DNA from: the human T2T-CHM13v2.0 reference genome, Homo sapiens
Strand: one strand, 5' to 3'
DNA: 64,000 bases
NCBI RefSeq assembly: GCF_009914755.1
Contig: NC_060934.1
The notes beneath the pieces are model-generated. The model did not search any database. It was not told where the DNA came from and worked only from the letters and a program-made list of their open reading frames with translations. The first letter of the stretch is position 1; each line of letters begins with the position of its first letter. The position numbers were made by a program, and so were the translations under genes. Positions 29,774 to 45,968 of this stretch are shown here, piece by piece.

Positions 29774-30263
29774 TGAAACTGGTCTAATCATCCCACAGAA
29801 CTGATGTTTATGTTTTCGTCTGAATAAACCTAGAAACTGATGCTCCCAGTTCTGAAACTTGCAAAAGTTACATTTGCCCTGTCTGAGTTCCTTTCCCAGG
29901 AAACCAACCATTAGACCTCCCAGGTAGTATCAAGGAACTGGAGTTTGCCAGATCGCCACATCAGGAAAATGAGATGCCAGACCGCTTACCTGTCTTGATT
30001 GTCTAACCAACCACCTGCTTCCTATTGACCTTCATTTCCCCTCCCTAATTCCCATTTTCCCACATATGATTACTTTTCTTCCCTGCTATATAAACCGGCA
30101 ATTTTAGTCAGCCAAAGAAATGAATTTGAGGCTAATCTCCCATCTTTTTGGCTGAAGCACCTGATTAAATCCTTCTTTTCTGGCAATGTTTGTTGCCTCA
30201 GTGATTGGCTTTCTGTGTGGTGAGCGGCAGGACCTAGACCAAAGCCCTGGCATTTTGGTAAAA
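29774..30263 (+). mobile_element. LTR47-like solo LTR
   Basis: tgaaactgg...gctatataaacc...gattaaa...ggacctagacc...ttttggtaaaa; flanks aatac/attac; homologous to 57268-57668. Confidence 0.8.
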
Positions 30264-30858
30264 ATTACCTCTATGGTGAGCTAACTATTATGCATGTAGT
30301 TGGGCAGGGTGTTCATCTTCATGGGTCCCATTTCATTACCTTTTAGAGTTTTTTCATAAATTTGTGGGATTCTATAGAAAAGTTATTAAAGGTTATATAT
30401 TCAGTCAATTATAACTTTTTATAACCATATAATCACATCTGCTTTTTCAGCCATTGAATTTTGATCCTACATCATCATCATCATCCTATCATTCTATTCT
30501 TCATCCTATAGCTATTATTTTGTAAGTAAGGTCTTTTACAGTGTCCCCTCATGATCAATTAAAGGGCATTTTCTGGTTGCTACTCTTACAAAGTTTGAAT
30601 AGAATAAAAATCAGAACTTGTGTTGATTTGAATTGACAAATTTATCATAGGGAAAGTGCCCATCTGTGAATAGAATGAAGTTTAAAAGTATGTTTATTAG
30701 TCTTGCTGTTATATGGGATTTAGCATTCTTCATTTTGTTTGGTTATACCACTATGTTAACCATTTATTTTTCTTATTTCAAAAATATAACTAGAAATATA
30801 ATTAGAATTGACATGACATACAGTTATTCCATAAAAGAAGGTGGTAAAAACAAAAATA

Positions 30859-31065
30859 CAGTTGTCCCTTGGCATAGGCAGATTATTAGTTCTAGGATTC
30901 ATGTATATACCAAAATCTGCACATACTCAGGTCCTTAATTGACCCTGTAAAACCCACACAGGTTTCACATCCATGAATATTGTATTTCCATCTATGCTTA
31001 GTTGAAAAACTGCATGTACAAGTGGACCCTCACAGTTAAAATTCGTGTTGTCCAAGGGTCAACTG
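30859..31065. mobile_element. MER2-type (Tc1/mariner-Tigger) DNA transposon
   Basis: TIRs cagttgtcccttgg / ccaagggtcaactg flanked by TA. Confidence 0.85.
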
Positions 31066-31224
31066 TAAAGTTTAATAAAATATTTCCTCAAAAAGAAATG
31101 CTTCATGGTGAAAATAGGTGTATTTTACTTTTAGAATAATATTTTAGGAATCATGATTGGATGAAAGCAGAAACTGCTGGATATAATTAGAAAGCTCATT
31201 GTCATCATCGTTCCTACCATTCAA

Positions 31225-31450
31225 TGAGTGTTATCTATTCATTGCATGCACCCAGCACCATAGGTCTCATGTTACATTCTCTGTATCCTTTAACCTTTAA
31301 TAACTACCCTAAAAGTATTATAGTTTTTTTAATTGAGAAAACTAAGTCCATTAGAAATTAATTAATTTTCCATTATTATACAGGTAGGAAGTGGTCATCC
31401 TAAAACTGAAACCTATGCTGTGTGACTCAATAGATTATTCCCTTTTCTCA
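31225..31450 (-). mobile_element. MIR
   Basis: attgagaaaactaag...gctgtgtgactc core. Confidence 0.55.
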
Positions 31451-31659
31451 TAACACTGAACCTTGAACATGATTATTTTACTAAACTGAATCAAGTGCAA
31501 CTTTTCTGAAATTAGTATTAATATTTATTCATATTAATGGTCTTACACTCTACACTTTCAGATTTTAAGACTCGGGAAATAAATATGAATTTTCAAAATC
31601 GCATGGAATTTTCTCTATGTACTCAAGCCCTATCAGTCTCTTGCCTAATGTATGTATAC

Positions 31660-31915
31660 AATATGGTGAGCAAGTGCTCAGTTTTGGAGTGAGAATGTTT
31701 TGGTTACTGACTTAGATTGGCTACTTATCAGCAGTGAGATCTTGAGCAAATTCATTAATGCTTCCCTATTTCTACACTTTCTCATCTGTAAAATGAAAAC
31801 AATGAACACACAAAGTTTGAGTCTGTGGGCAGCTATCTATAAGTACTAAGTAAGTTATTTCATGGAAAACACTTAGAATTTGCTTGGCACACAATGCAAT
31901 TAATAAATGGTAACT
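31660..31915 (+). mobile_element. MIR
   Basis: gatcttgagcaaattcatt...ttctcatctgtaaaatg...tggcacaca...aataaatgg. Confidence 0.7.
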
Positions 31916-33289
31916 CAATGGTAATTATTATAATTCACTTATTATTGTAAAATACCTTTATTTCATTCAAAGTCAGGAGGTATGATATCAGAAATGTGGT
32001 AAACATATCTATGCAGTATTCTTATTATGAACAAATTTGGATAAGAACAAATTTAAAATTGGTCTAGTATGAAATTAGTTCCTAATGAGTATGCCTAATG
32101 ACAAAAGGAGTAAGAAAAATAAACATTAAAATTATTATAAATCTAAAGTTTGAAGACATTTAACCTGGTAAGCAGGACATAATTTTCTATATACTTGTTA
32201 TGTCAATATTTACCAAAAAACTTGATTCTTTCAGAAACTCAAGGTTATTTAAACTGCTAATACTCACCTTCCTAAATTGTGAATGGCATTTTAAATGTAA
32301 ATTTATGAAGCATCCTTTAAAATTTCATGTTATTAATACTGAAAGAAACAGAACTTGATTAAACACAAATTCATTAAGCTGACTGTGAAGCACTTGGGAC
32401 CCTTTGCGTTGATCCTTATAAAGCCGTGCGTCTAGAAAAACCTTTCAACGAAAAGAAAAGGTACATTTGGTCAAAGGGGAATCATATTAATGTTGCTTAA
32501 TCAATGAGTTTAGTATTTCCGGGACATGAAAAGTAGGGTAAAAAAATCTCAAGTGGCATGACAGTCATATAATGAATAAATACATAATTTCTCTCTAATG
32601 TTTTATAAATAGACCGTAATTCATATAGTTCATATTTATCAAGTTTTAAAAAGTGTTTTTTGTTGTTCTTGTCATTATTCTTGTTTTAATCTATGTAATT
32701 TATTATAATAATCTGGAAAGGTTATACTCGTTTCTTTAAAAAATTTACTCTATATGAGCTTCTTCATAAATTTAACTCAAAGCAAACTCTTGCTTTCTAT
32801 CTCAGGAACATCAGCGTAGAAATATATATGTTATAGGATATTTTTCTGTATGATAACTGTGCCATTCCTAATTTAATGATAAACCTACTTATAGTACTTC
32901 TGTAATGTGCCAGGCACTGTTCTACTCAATGAAAAACAAAGTGCCAGCTTTAATGCAGATTCAATTTTAAAGGGGTAGATATCATAACAAAAAGCAAATA
33001 TATATGCAGTATTGTTGCAGATAAGTGGTATAAAGATAACCAGCTTCAGATAGTCTGTTACAAGAGTCATAAAATATGCAGGTCATTTATCATACATGGA
33101 AAATTTGTGGGGCTTTTTTCTTTCTATTTTAAAATTTATTATGTGTCTTCATTGAACCTTGTGAGGCAAAAATTCTAATACTACCATTTTCGTTTTCAGG
33201 TGAGAAATCTGAAGTACAGAACAAATTAAATGAAATGTTTTTAAGAAAGACAAATGAAACTAACAAATGGTAATCCAGCACCAGCATCA

Positions 33290-34425
<1,136 letters not shown>

Positions 34426-34429
34426 CTTT

Positions 34430-34985
34430 TGCATTAGTTTTCTATTGCTGTCATAAAAATTATCATAAATTTTGTGGCTTAAATTAATATAATTTACTCT
34501 CACACAGTTTGGTCAGTCAGAAGTCAGAGATAGCTCTCACCAAGCTAAAATCAAAATGTCTGTAGCACTGCATTTCTGTAGACTCTGAAAATGAATTCAC
34601 TTCCAAGCTCATTCAGATTATTGGCTGTATTTATTTATTTTTATGTTGGTAGCTGTCGACTGGGGTTCCTTCAAGAGTATTCTTGCATTTTCAGGCTATA
34701 TTATAGCTCCACTGGTGTTCAAAACCAGCAATAGTGGCTAAGTCCTTCTAAGTCTTAGATTGTCTTTGATCTCCCCTTATGCCTCATCTTATCCAGTTCC
34801 TCTTCCCTTGCCTCTCTCTGACTCTAGCCAGAGAAAATTCTTTCCTTTTAAGGGCTCACACTGAGATTGGGCCTACCAGAGTAATCCAGGATAATCTCCC
34901 TATTAACTTCCATAACCTTAATCGCATCTGCAAAGCTATTTTTGCCAGGTAAGTGTACAGATATCTTTGGGAGGCTTTAATTCAA
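34430..34985 (-). mobile_element. MLT1-type MaLR LTR
   Basis: tgcattagttttctattgctgtcata...taagggctca...gattgggcctacc...aatccaggataatctccc...catctgcaaag. Confidence 0.75.
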
Positions 34986-37283
34986 ATTATATGACCTCCC
35001 AAACATCAATTTTCTAATTTCTAAAACAGGGATATTCCTTCCTTGTAAAGCTACTGTGAGGACTAAATAAGATAATGTGCATAAAAAGAGCTTACCACAG
35101 TGCTCATAATATAGATATAGCTCCATAAACAATACATTTTAATTTATTTTAATATACTATAGGTAACCCATGCTTTAGAGGTTTTTATAGTTCCTTCCTG
35201 TCTGCCTCAGGATGGTAAAAATAAATAAATATTGACTGAAAAATTTTCTCTCAATGAAAAGATCATTAAAAACCAGACATATATAAGCTCTATATTAACT
35301 TGAGATGAATTCTTCACATGACCAAGAAAACATTATGTCTGCCTTGACTTGCTCTTGTTTACTTACATCAAAATAAATTTTGGGGGGTGAGATGAACCTC
35401 AAAAACCTGCCATCACTGTCGAGAAAGATTTGTCTCCAAAACTTGCATAAGAATGATCAGCAACTGTGTAATTTTTTCTTGAAACCAGGCAAACTATTTA
35501 CTTAATGATACAATTGTTTAAAGCTAATTGAGTCTTCACTTAAAGAGAGAAAACTACTTCAATGTCTTATGTCTTGCTCATGAGAAAGACATTTGAAACC
35601 TTGTTATAACCCGTGTTCAACATGTAGATAGAGGAATTAATAATGTTTTGGTGAATTCTTGACAAACTAATAGAAGAACATGTTTACGAAGAGCGTAAGA
35701 GGGTAGCATTTACTGCATTTATAAAAGTGCTGATTGTGATTATGATATAATACCATAAATGTAAATCATATTTATTTGTAAAATAAGGTACATGAAAGTA
35801 GTTATAATTTAGAATACTAGAATGTTTATTGATAAGTAGTGAGGGGATGATTGACCTAAGGACTTGAGTTTTATTCCCAACTTCGTGGTCAATTTTGTAA
35901 CCATCAATTTATACTACTGCTCCAGTTCTCAGTTTTCTCATGGTGAATAAAAAGAGTGACTAATCAGGACTTTAATTTTGGAAGCTTCTTTTATAAATCT
36001 GTGATAATGACTTTATTATACCTGTCTTTTGTATTTTAATGAAGTGTGAAATATTTTGACATTAACAATCTATTAAACTGTGAACGATTTTTTTGGAAAA
36101 ACATTTAGATCTTTCTTAATTGCATAAACTTCATGTCTTATACTAAAAGGACAAATAGTATGAAAAATACCTTGCAATCTTGCACAGAATAAAACTCATT
36201 TCATTTAATTTTATTATAAACACAGCATTGTAGATGGGCAAGATAGGGATATCTATTTATACACATACACATATATAGTATGTATGTATCTAATTTTAAT
36301 GTATCTTCCTAATACATAATTCATAATAGATAAAATTCATGTCAACTAAACCAATAGATAATTCATAATTTATAATTCATTGGACTAAACTAAGTACTAG
36401 TACTATGGAAGAACTATTCAAATGAAAAATGAGAATAATAGCTAAATTTCTATTTTTTCTTTTGATGCTATTTCAAGCTTTAAATGCACTGTTTTTTTTT
36501 TCAAGAAAGTAAATATAAAGAGTATGGGCAAAATCAAAGGTGAAAAATATGACCATCAAGTACACACATTTGATATTATCAAACCATAGAAGATATGACC
36601 ATAGTGTCAATGGGATAGGATGACCTCAGTTATCTAAAAGGAAATGCATTGTGAGAAACTTACCAGTTCAACAATGTATTGACAGCTTTGCACAGTAATA
36701 TAGCTTCTCAAAATAATGTTTAAGATCAAATCTTTACCTTTCCTATAAATTTTATCACTCTGATGTTTAGGAGTTTAGGGTTTGAAGAAATTGAAGATCA
36801 ATACATGTAAATATTGATTATTTCATAAAAATAAATCAAGTAAAAGAGATGAACAAAATTTTGAGACTTGCATGGTAGGGAGGATCTTATTCTAGGCAAA
36901 ATGAACAGTGTGAGCAAAGGCTAAGAAAGGGAGATATTTATGAGATGTGAGAGAGTTAATCTGAACAGGATAAGGCATTATCAGGGAGAATTTGAGAATG
37001 TTCAGAATACATTGACAAATGGTCAGATTATGGAAAAGCTTGAAGGTCTGCCAGAAGAAGTGACCTTTTGACACCCGACAATAATGAGAAATTGCAAAAC
37101 TTTTGAAAAGTAGAGTTGCATGATTAAAATGATATTTGAGAAGTTACTGTTTAACAAGACACTGAAAAGATTAGAGAGGGAAGTGGAAACAGTCAAATCA
37201 CATAGGATGCTTTGAACTTCAAATTGAACATTATAAATTTCTGAAAGAAGGATGAACTATGAAGAGGGATCCAGGGGCAGTTA

Positions 37284-37572
37284 GTGACATGGATGAGGCT
37301 GGAAACCGTCATTCTCAGCAAACTAACAAGAACAGAAAACCAAACACCACATGTCCTCACTCATAAGTGGGAGTTGAACAATGAGAACACCTGGACACAG
37401 GGAGGAAAACATCACACACCGGGGCCTGTTGGGGGAGTGAGGGGGTAGGAGAGGGATAGCATTAGGAGAAATACCTAATGTAGATGATGGGTTGATGGGT
37501 GCAGCAAACCACCATGGCACGTGTATACCTATGTAACAAACCTGCACATTCTGCACATGTATCCCAGAACTA
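37284..37572 (+). mobile_element. L1PA7-like 3' end followed by a (TA)/(TG) tract
   Basis: ggagaaatacctaatgtagatgatgggttgatgggtgcagcaaaccacc. Confidence 0.9.
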
Positions 37573-38859
37573 ACATATATATATATGTGTATATATGTGT
37601 GTATATATATACATATATATATATAGATTCTGTAAGTAGATTTGTTGCCTAAGATAATTCACCTATCACTTTATACCAAAAATAAAGTTAGCACTCAACC
37701 GAACAAAGCAAATGTAACTCAAAGGGTGTATTTCAAAATAAGATCATTTATATATAATTAAAACTAGTTACTTGGAAATTAATTAGTATCTGTCATTACA
37801 GTAGAAACTCATTAAACAAAAGTGACTCAAAGAGGTGAAGCATTTATCGACCAGTAATTCGTCTTGTTAAATTTAAATAGGAGTTTGTATTTTGTTTTTA
37901 AGTTATATAATTTAGAAAGTCTCAGATTACAAGGAACATAATTTCTTCAAACTTTCATGAACACAAGAATGTTGAAATAACTAAAAAATATTTTTAGTAA
38001 CTTCAAAAAGAATCTAGAGGTTAAAGGCCCAAATGATCTGTTTAATTCACAAATTACAGTTATTCTCCTGTAAAGCAGGCATGCAAATTTTTAAGATTAA
38101 AAAAAAATCTTGAAATGAAAAGATGGTCTGGTAAAATATGTACTATCACATTAATGTCATTCATTTTTTCATGTGTCTAACATACACATAATAGGTCACA
38201 TTAGAGGTACTCTAGAAATATTTTGTAGCTTAATTAACTAAAAATAATTAATACAGTAACCACGGTTTAAAAAAAAATAAAAGTGGTTCTTCACTTATGC
38301 ACTTTAGCCAAAAGAGAAAATAAAACAAAGCAAAACAACAAACAAGCATGTCCTTAAAAAGTTACAATACTACTTTTTAAATATAATTTTTCTAATTTGA
38401 TCAGCATTTTTCTATAAGAATTCGGTTGTGATTTGTAGTTAATTTTTGGATATTTCAGAACTTGATTTTAAAATCCAGAAAATAACTTTACATTTATAGA
38501 ACCGCAGACATTTTCTTCCAGTATTTAATTAGTATGACCACCTCAGAAATACAAAGGCAATGTATTTGTATTAGATAAATGCCTTAGGATAATAATAATA
38601 ACTCGTGTTATGCCTAAGTAAGCATGTAGATGGATCTAGGCAATAAATTTTCAAAGATGATGAAAAATAAAATATCTATTATTATAAATACATTATTTTT
38701 CCCATAGTTAAATGAATTCCTAAAATAACATCGGAAGTCACATACTTCTTCTGAGTACTATTTTTTTAATGTTTTCTTGATATTTCTAAACAGTTAAGCT
38801 CATAATTTTAAAGGAATCATTTATAAACATTTATTGTATATAGTTAGATACATATATCA

Positions 38860-39102
<243 letters not shown>

Positions 39103-42100
39103 TCATCACTGTCAAAGCACTCGTTCATTCAGTACATTTTTCTATTCTTGTTTATTTTTAAATTATAATAATCTCAAAGAAAATGATCATTTTAAGGACA
39201 AGAGAAGACAATCATAATTAATTTATTGTTTAATTTTGTATCTCAGCGTGTGGAATTCAGGTAGCATTATGCTCACAGTTAGTGGATGGCTAATGAGCGC
39301 AACCACAAAATTAATGCTTAGAATTGATGGGATTAAACGAAGTTTGCCCCTCCAAAGATTAAAGAAGCAATAATATAAACTTTTAATTTGAAGAAAGTGT
39401 TAATTAATAAATTCCTGGAGAAGAGAGATTGTTTAACTTTTATGTTTATTTATATTTTTGCTGGAATATTATATGTTCATTGCTGATCAAATTAAAAATA
39501 CTGATTACCAAAAGAGAAAATCCAAAAGCCAGCCAACTAAACTTACTCATTCTACACATTTAAATGCTTATTTTGCTAATCTTTTTCACTCTCTAAATAT
39601 GTACATATTATAGACACACAGACACACAGTGAATATCAGCCCATGTTTATAAATATAGATTTACTATAGCATTTTTTGTATAATACTATGAAGTTATGTT
39701 ATGTGACAGCAATATTATACTTCATTGTAAGCCTATAGCATAATGTATCCAAGTAATAATTTAAAATGAACTACTCCAGGCTATTATATTTTGTCATTAT
39801 AAAAAATACTTCAATACATAGTATACATAAGCATATGCTTACTTATCTAATAATTTTTATAATAAATTCCTTGAACGGGAAAGGTCAAAGATATACTTCC
39901 TCAAGTGCCATGGCTAACAGTTTGCAGAGCTGGAATGCACACCTACAAATATTTGACTCTAGAGTCAGAGTATTGACCACTACAAAGTATTTCTTTGTGA
40001 TTTTTAACCCCTTTTGAGCTTATGCAACTTTATCTCTAAATATGTCATTTTTGCAGTGTCCTATCCTGACCCCTCCATCTTAAAAACCTTGTCTCCAACC
40101 TGACATCTCCTTTCAAATTTCTTCCAATTTATTTTTCTTTATTGCATTTCTCACCGAAAATTTGGCTCGTTGTATATTTTATGTACTTGTTTTGGTTTGT
40201 CTGCCTTCACTAGACTGGAAGCTCAATACAACCTGTGTGTTATTTTAGTCATGATAGTATCCCTCTTTCCAGTAACCAGCCCTATGCCTAAGACAGATGA
40301 TCTGGAGTCAAACTGCATGGCTTCCAGTTCCATAACCTACTAACTGTATGATCCAGGAAAAAGTACAAAGTATCTCTATGCTTCGTTTATTCATCTATAA
40401 AATTAAGGCTAATAGTTACACCAATGAGAATTGTAAATACTGCATGTGATTAGACTATACTAGGCATATGTTAAACACCTAAGGGATTACATACATATCC
40501 TATTTTATTTATTAAAAAATAAATATCCAAAATAGTGAAAAAATAAAATCTATAATGCATGACACATTTGTAAATGAGAAAAATGCTACAGAAACTATAT
40601 CTAAGCTGAAGGAAATCATTATTTAGTTTCAAGATATTTTTATGGCCAACAAAGAAAAAGAAAGTTGACTTGAATTTGTAGCTGTCTGAATGATGCTACC
40701 TAGAAAGAATAAATTGAGGCATCATTGACATACGAAAAGAGGTCTCTAGTGAAATCACACATAGCTCTGTGTTTTTATATCTACTCTATTTCTCCTTTAA
40801 TCACTGATATAAATGAAGGCATTAAAATCATGTGTATAAAATCTGTGAATGTTACAAACCTTGGAAGGATGTATAAATACATTTAATGACAAAAGACATG
40901 GTTCAAAGTCATCTTAATAAGTCATAATAATGGGTTACAAAATGGTAAATTTTTGCAATAATAAATTTTATCCTCCAATTTGTAATAGAAAAAAAATCAC
41001 CCAAATGTAATAGACAGCTACAAACATTAATGTAAAAATGTAATTGTGAAATTTTGATAGCTAAAAGCTGATTTTACATGACAGCACTGTAAATGGGCTA
41101 CTGGAACACTAATGCATACTGTACATTAATTAATAATATCAGATAATAATATATAGGTAGATTATAACAGGTACCATTTTACAGGTGCATAGAAGAGAAA
41201 TTTGAACACTTTTGAGAATGTATAAAATGGGAGGATTTTAAATTTAACAACATATGATTTGTCAAATATCTAAATGGTTGTCATGGAAACATCCATTAGT
41301 TGACTTACTGTAGTTTCAGAGAGCAGAAATAAGAAAAATAGTTGAAAAATATTTCAAAGCATGTTTTCACCATAAGTAGAGGGCTTCTCTTAATCCAAAT
41401 TTGCACCAAATAATTATGTGCCTCTATCAAAGTATCTCATGTAACTCATATGCACCTACTATATACCCATAAAAGTTTTTAAAAAATAACAAATAGAGCA
41501 GAGATTCTTATCAGTAGAAGAGTATAGTTTATGTTAGAAATAAATTTATGCCTTTGCACTTCCAAATACTTTTCCTCTGCCATTATGAGCTAAAATATTT
41601 GTGATGCTTCAATTTCTTTTTTTCACATTTGTCTTTGTATAAAATAAAGAAAAATCAGGAGGAAAAAGTGACATGGAATAGAACAGACTATTCTATAAAA
41701 CAAGACCCATCACTGAAATATGCCAGTTTGAGGATAAAAGACCATTGAAAAAGACTAGCTCTTAGAAGTTTCCTGGAAAGAATTTGAATTAGATGACCTC
41801 CATTTTTACTACCAGCTTTCAAGTGTGTAATAGACTTTTTAAGGCATGTCCAGCATATTTTAATTGTAAATTAAAAACAAAATAAATATGTGTACTGTTT
41901 GTCCTTGGCACACCTCTTGGAAGACAATGAGGTGAATTATGCACTTTTAAAGTTATTTATCTTCCAATTATTGCAAGAGAGACCTATAAAAACATTCTAT
42001 CTCAACTTCTAATTCTACTTGGAGTGGTACCACTGGGACCAAAAGGTCAAAATCTTATCAAATAGAGGATCAAATGCACTGTGTACTGAGGCCTCACTTA

Positions 42101-45100
42101 GTCCTGCTAAGTACCCATAAATTAGATCTAACCAGGTCACCTGGAACAGTTATCACTCTCAACTTTAGCTCCCTATGCAACTGTTAGTGGCATGGCTAGA
42201 ACTTAGAGGGCAATAAATTATAACCATAATGGATCACACCGAAGGCAAAAATTCCCTGTGGCTAATATATAACACACAATGTAATTTTGTATTGGCATAG
42301 ATTCAATTCTGCTGTATAAGAAGGTCATACATAAAAGTACAGTTCTAATAAGTCCATTAGTGAGAGTTTAGGGACTCTAAGATGCTTAAGAATGCATTAG
42401 GGAAATTTTGCTTTATCTTTCATAACTGGTGGCAAAAATAAGCCATGGTAATTTGACCTTTTCTAATTTTCTTTAATTGCTTTATTCATCAAACAAAGAA
42501 GAAAAAAAAGCTAGGTAGAAATTGTGTTCATATAACTATTTAAAACTATTACCATTCATATATACCTAAACATGCAAGCTATTCTTTCAATTTAAAAATG
42601 AGTGCTTAACACAATACTCTGAACGTATACTTGCACATTTGTGTATTAGTGTACCTGTGTATAGGTTATGATATGTGTATCAGGAATGATATATATCAAC
42701 AATTAAAGGATACTATCATTAAAAAGTGGGTTTGAGAGTATGAAGAGAAAAAATTTTCCCACAAAAATGTAAAAATTTTGTAACTCTGAAAAAGAAAAAA
42801 ATATAAAATAGAAATTTTTGTTATGAATTTCTCAATCATTTAGGATTCAACATGAAAATTAAAGTTTTTATAGGGGATTTGTTGATATTAGCAGTTTAGA
42901 TTATAGCACAAATCTTCAATCCAATATATTTTTTTTCTAGAAACCAAATGATTTGGAAGTCAATGATTTGGGGGGCAGGGAATGCATTTTTGGCAAATCT
43001 GTAGGAATTTATTTTTCATAAAGTATAGGCAAAGTTTGTCTAATTCTCAGGAGTGAATTTTTTTTGTCATGATATTTCTGTCTATGGACTTACCACCTTT
43101 ATAACATAATCATTCCTATTTCACAAGTAATGTGGAAGACAGTGAAAGGAAATAAGACACTGTGTGTTTTAGAAACGACTTTTACATAAAAAAGCAAACT
43201 TAAAGGAAATGGCTGGCCAGAGTTGTCAGTGTCCTTCACAAATTAAATTTTCACAATGAATAGTAGCATATTTACTGAAGATAATACCTAAAAAGAAAAT
43301 ATCAATTTGTAAATACAATTATGCATATGTGACATGTAGATATATCTATAGATTTTTCACAGTGAATTATTAAGGACATTCAGTCTATTTAATGGTAGGT
43401 ATTTGTTATATGAAAAGTTTAATGTGGGTTAGGATTAATATGACTTAGTCCTTGGATACTAATAGCAACTTTTATAAAACTGATATGAGGTGATCATAAA
43501 TAAAGTCAGTCAAAAATACTATTAAATAATATGGATTTTAGAACAAGGAATTGCATACCAGTGTTATTAGAAAATAATTTATACAGAAGCAGCATTTAAG
43601 ATATCTCTTAGTAGCACATAAAATTCAACTGATAGCACTGGATAACAGTGATTTCAAAGTTTATGTTCAAAAGAACATCAGGGAAGGTATGGTAAGAAAA
43701 AATTGGATATGGTCATGGGACAATAATTACATTAGTTTTCTTAGTTTGTAGTTCATACATTTCTAAATAAAAAGAAAATTATATAGACAGGGTGCATCTT
43801 GAATCTAGCAAAACTCAAGAGACAGATAGAAAACAGTTTGCAATGAAAAGGTATCTGTGGGCACAGTCTCTGTTTCAGCACTCTGGTTGTAGAATAGGTT
43901 GAATCAAGACAGGTGGTAGACAACAATTAGTTTATATGAGTGATGACTAAGAGGTCTTATACTAAAGTTATGTTGACTGATGGAGATGCAAGATACAAGG
44001 TGGAGATAAAACTACTAAACTTAGCAGTTGAATGGACACTGGCCTGGGCAGGGGAGTCAAGCCCCTTTTGCAGCTACCAAGTTAGAGTCTGAAAGAAAAG
44101 AAGCTAAGATATTTGATGTTGTTATGAACATAATTTCTCTCGTTTCAAAAGCTTTTAAAATTTTGCCCAGGATTTTGAGATAAGTATTATAGGACTGTAC
44201 CAGAGTCATACTTTTCTTTCTGTTATTATTTTAATTATTGATATTGTCATGACCATTATTATCACATGCCCAATAGTGATGAGAGCATTTTGGCCATGTG
44301 AGACAATCATTTAGCATTTCAAAATTTTTATGTGATGTGCCTTTATTACTGAGACTCTTCATGTTCACCCCAAATATCACATTCTGGTTGTTTCTCTTTT
44401 GTGACTTTTAATTTTGTAACTCTTCCTTTCTTTTTTTAATTTTTGGGTGCTGAAAATTTATGTAACTTTAGTGAACAAAAAAATAAAAATAAGACATAAA
44501 AATAAATGATGACCATAAGGGAAAATCTTATAAACCAAGTTTTAAAATTATAAAACAGTTCATAGTCATACAATCTCATGTAAATGCTTTCTAATTAAAT
44601 ACAAATATCTGAGCGTTGGGTATTTTTATTCTTTATATTCTTCCTCGGAAATTTTCATGAAGATCATGTTTATCAGCTTATTTTTAACACACTGTTAAAA
44701 ATGTTTCTGTCTATATTGTTTGCTTTTAATTCTATTACAGCCATAATTATTCAAACGTCCCCATTAAGAGACAGTTTATTGCCTCAATGAGAAAATGTAG
44801 AAAACATGATTTGCATCACTTTCTCTGGAAAATAAATTTTTCTCTAACTGTTGCTAAAAAGATGGTATAATTGGATATGGATCTACCATGTGGCCCTACT
44901 CCTTGCTCCCTGGCTATAGATTCAAACCAGTGAGTATTTAATTGTTATTTCTCTCAGAAATTTTAAAACAAAACAAAACACAGTGACTTTAAGCCTTCTT
45001 TAATGGCCACTGCATCAAAAGTTTATGAAGAACTGGCATGGCATGAACACAGAAAACACTTAAAGTCAAATGAAAAACAAGGAAGTGGAGTAAAATTATA

Positions 45101-45541
45101 AGTGTATAAAGGAATCTGCTCTGCAGAGAGAAAAATAGAGAATATGCACAGAGAAAGGCAGAAACTAGAGACCATATGGTCCAAGACCAAGTAGTTTTCC
45201 TCTCTCCCTGGTAAACATACAATTTCCATAAAAGTAAATTATTTTTTATATCTATGCTATTGGTATTGTTAATATTCTCTCCCATCAGCTGGAAATCATT
45301 TGAAGGCATTGTTGTGTCTTCCTTATAAGCCAAATAACTTTGATTAAAATCAGAATATTCTTAGAAAAGCATAATTTCATAACAAAAATTCAGTGGAAAA
45401 TTTTCTATAAAAATAATTTCAAGAGCAATTTACCACTAAGAAGGGTTAAAGTTAATTATAGGCTAGTGATTATAATACAAAGCTTTCGCCATTGTTAGTA
45501 GGATCAAACTCAAATTGTTGGTTCTATTTTGATATTCAGAG

Positions 45542-45672
45542 CATATATATATATATTTGAAATGGAATATATATATATAATATATAAATAAAAATATATT
45601 TTTGAAATGGAATATATATATATAATATATAAATAAAAATATATTTTTGAAACGGAATATATATATATATAA
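45542..45672. repeat. AT-rich tandem repeat, ~45-bp unit, 2-3 copies
   Basis: tttgaaa(t/c)ggaatatatatata occurs three times. Confidence 0.9.

Positions 45673-45968
<296 letters not shown>

Noticed and set aside
44989-45333. 114-aa minus-strand ORF in intron 4
   Set aside because: Non-ATG start, no cadherin or other recognisable motif, and no convincing splice boundaries.
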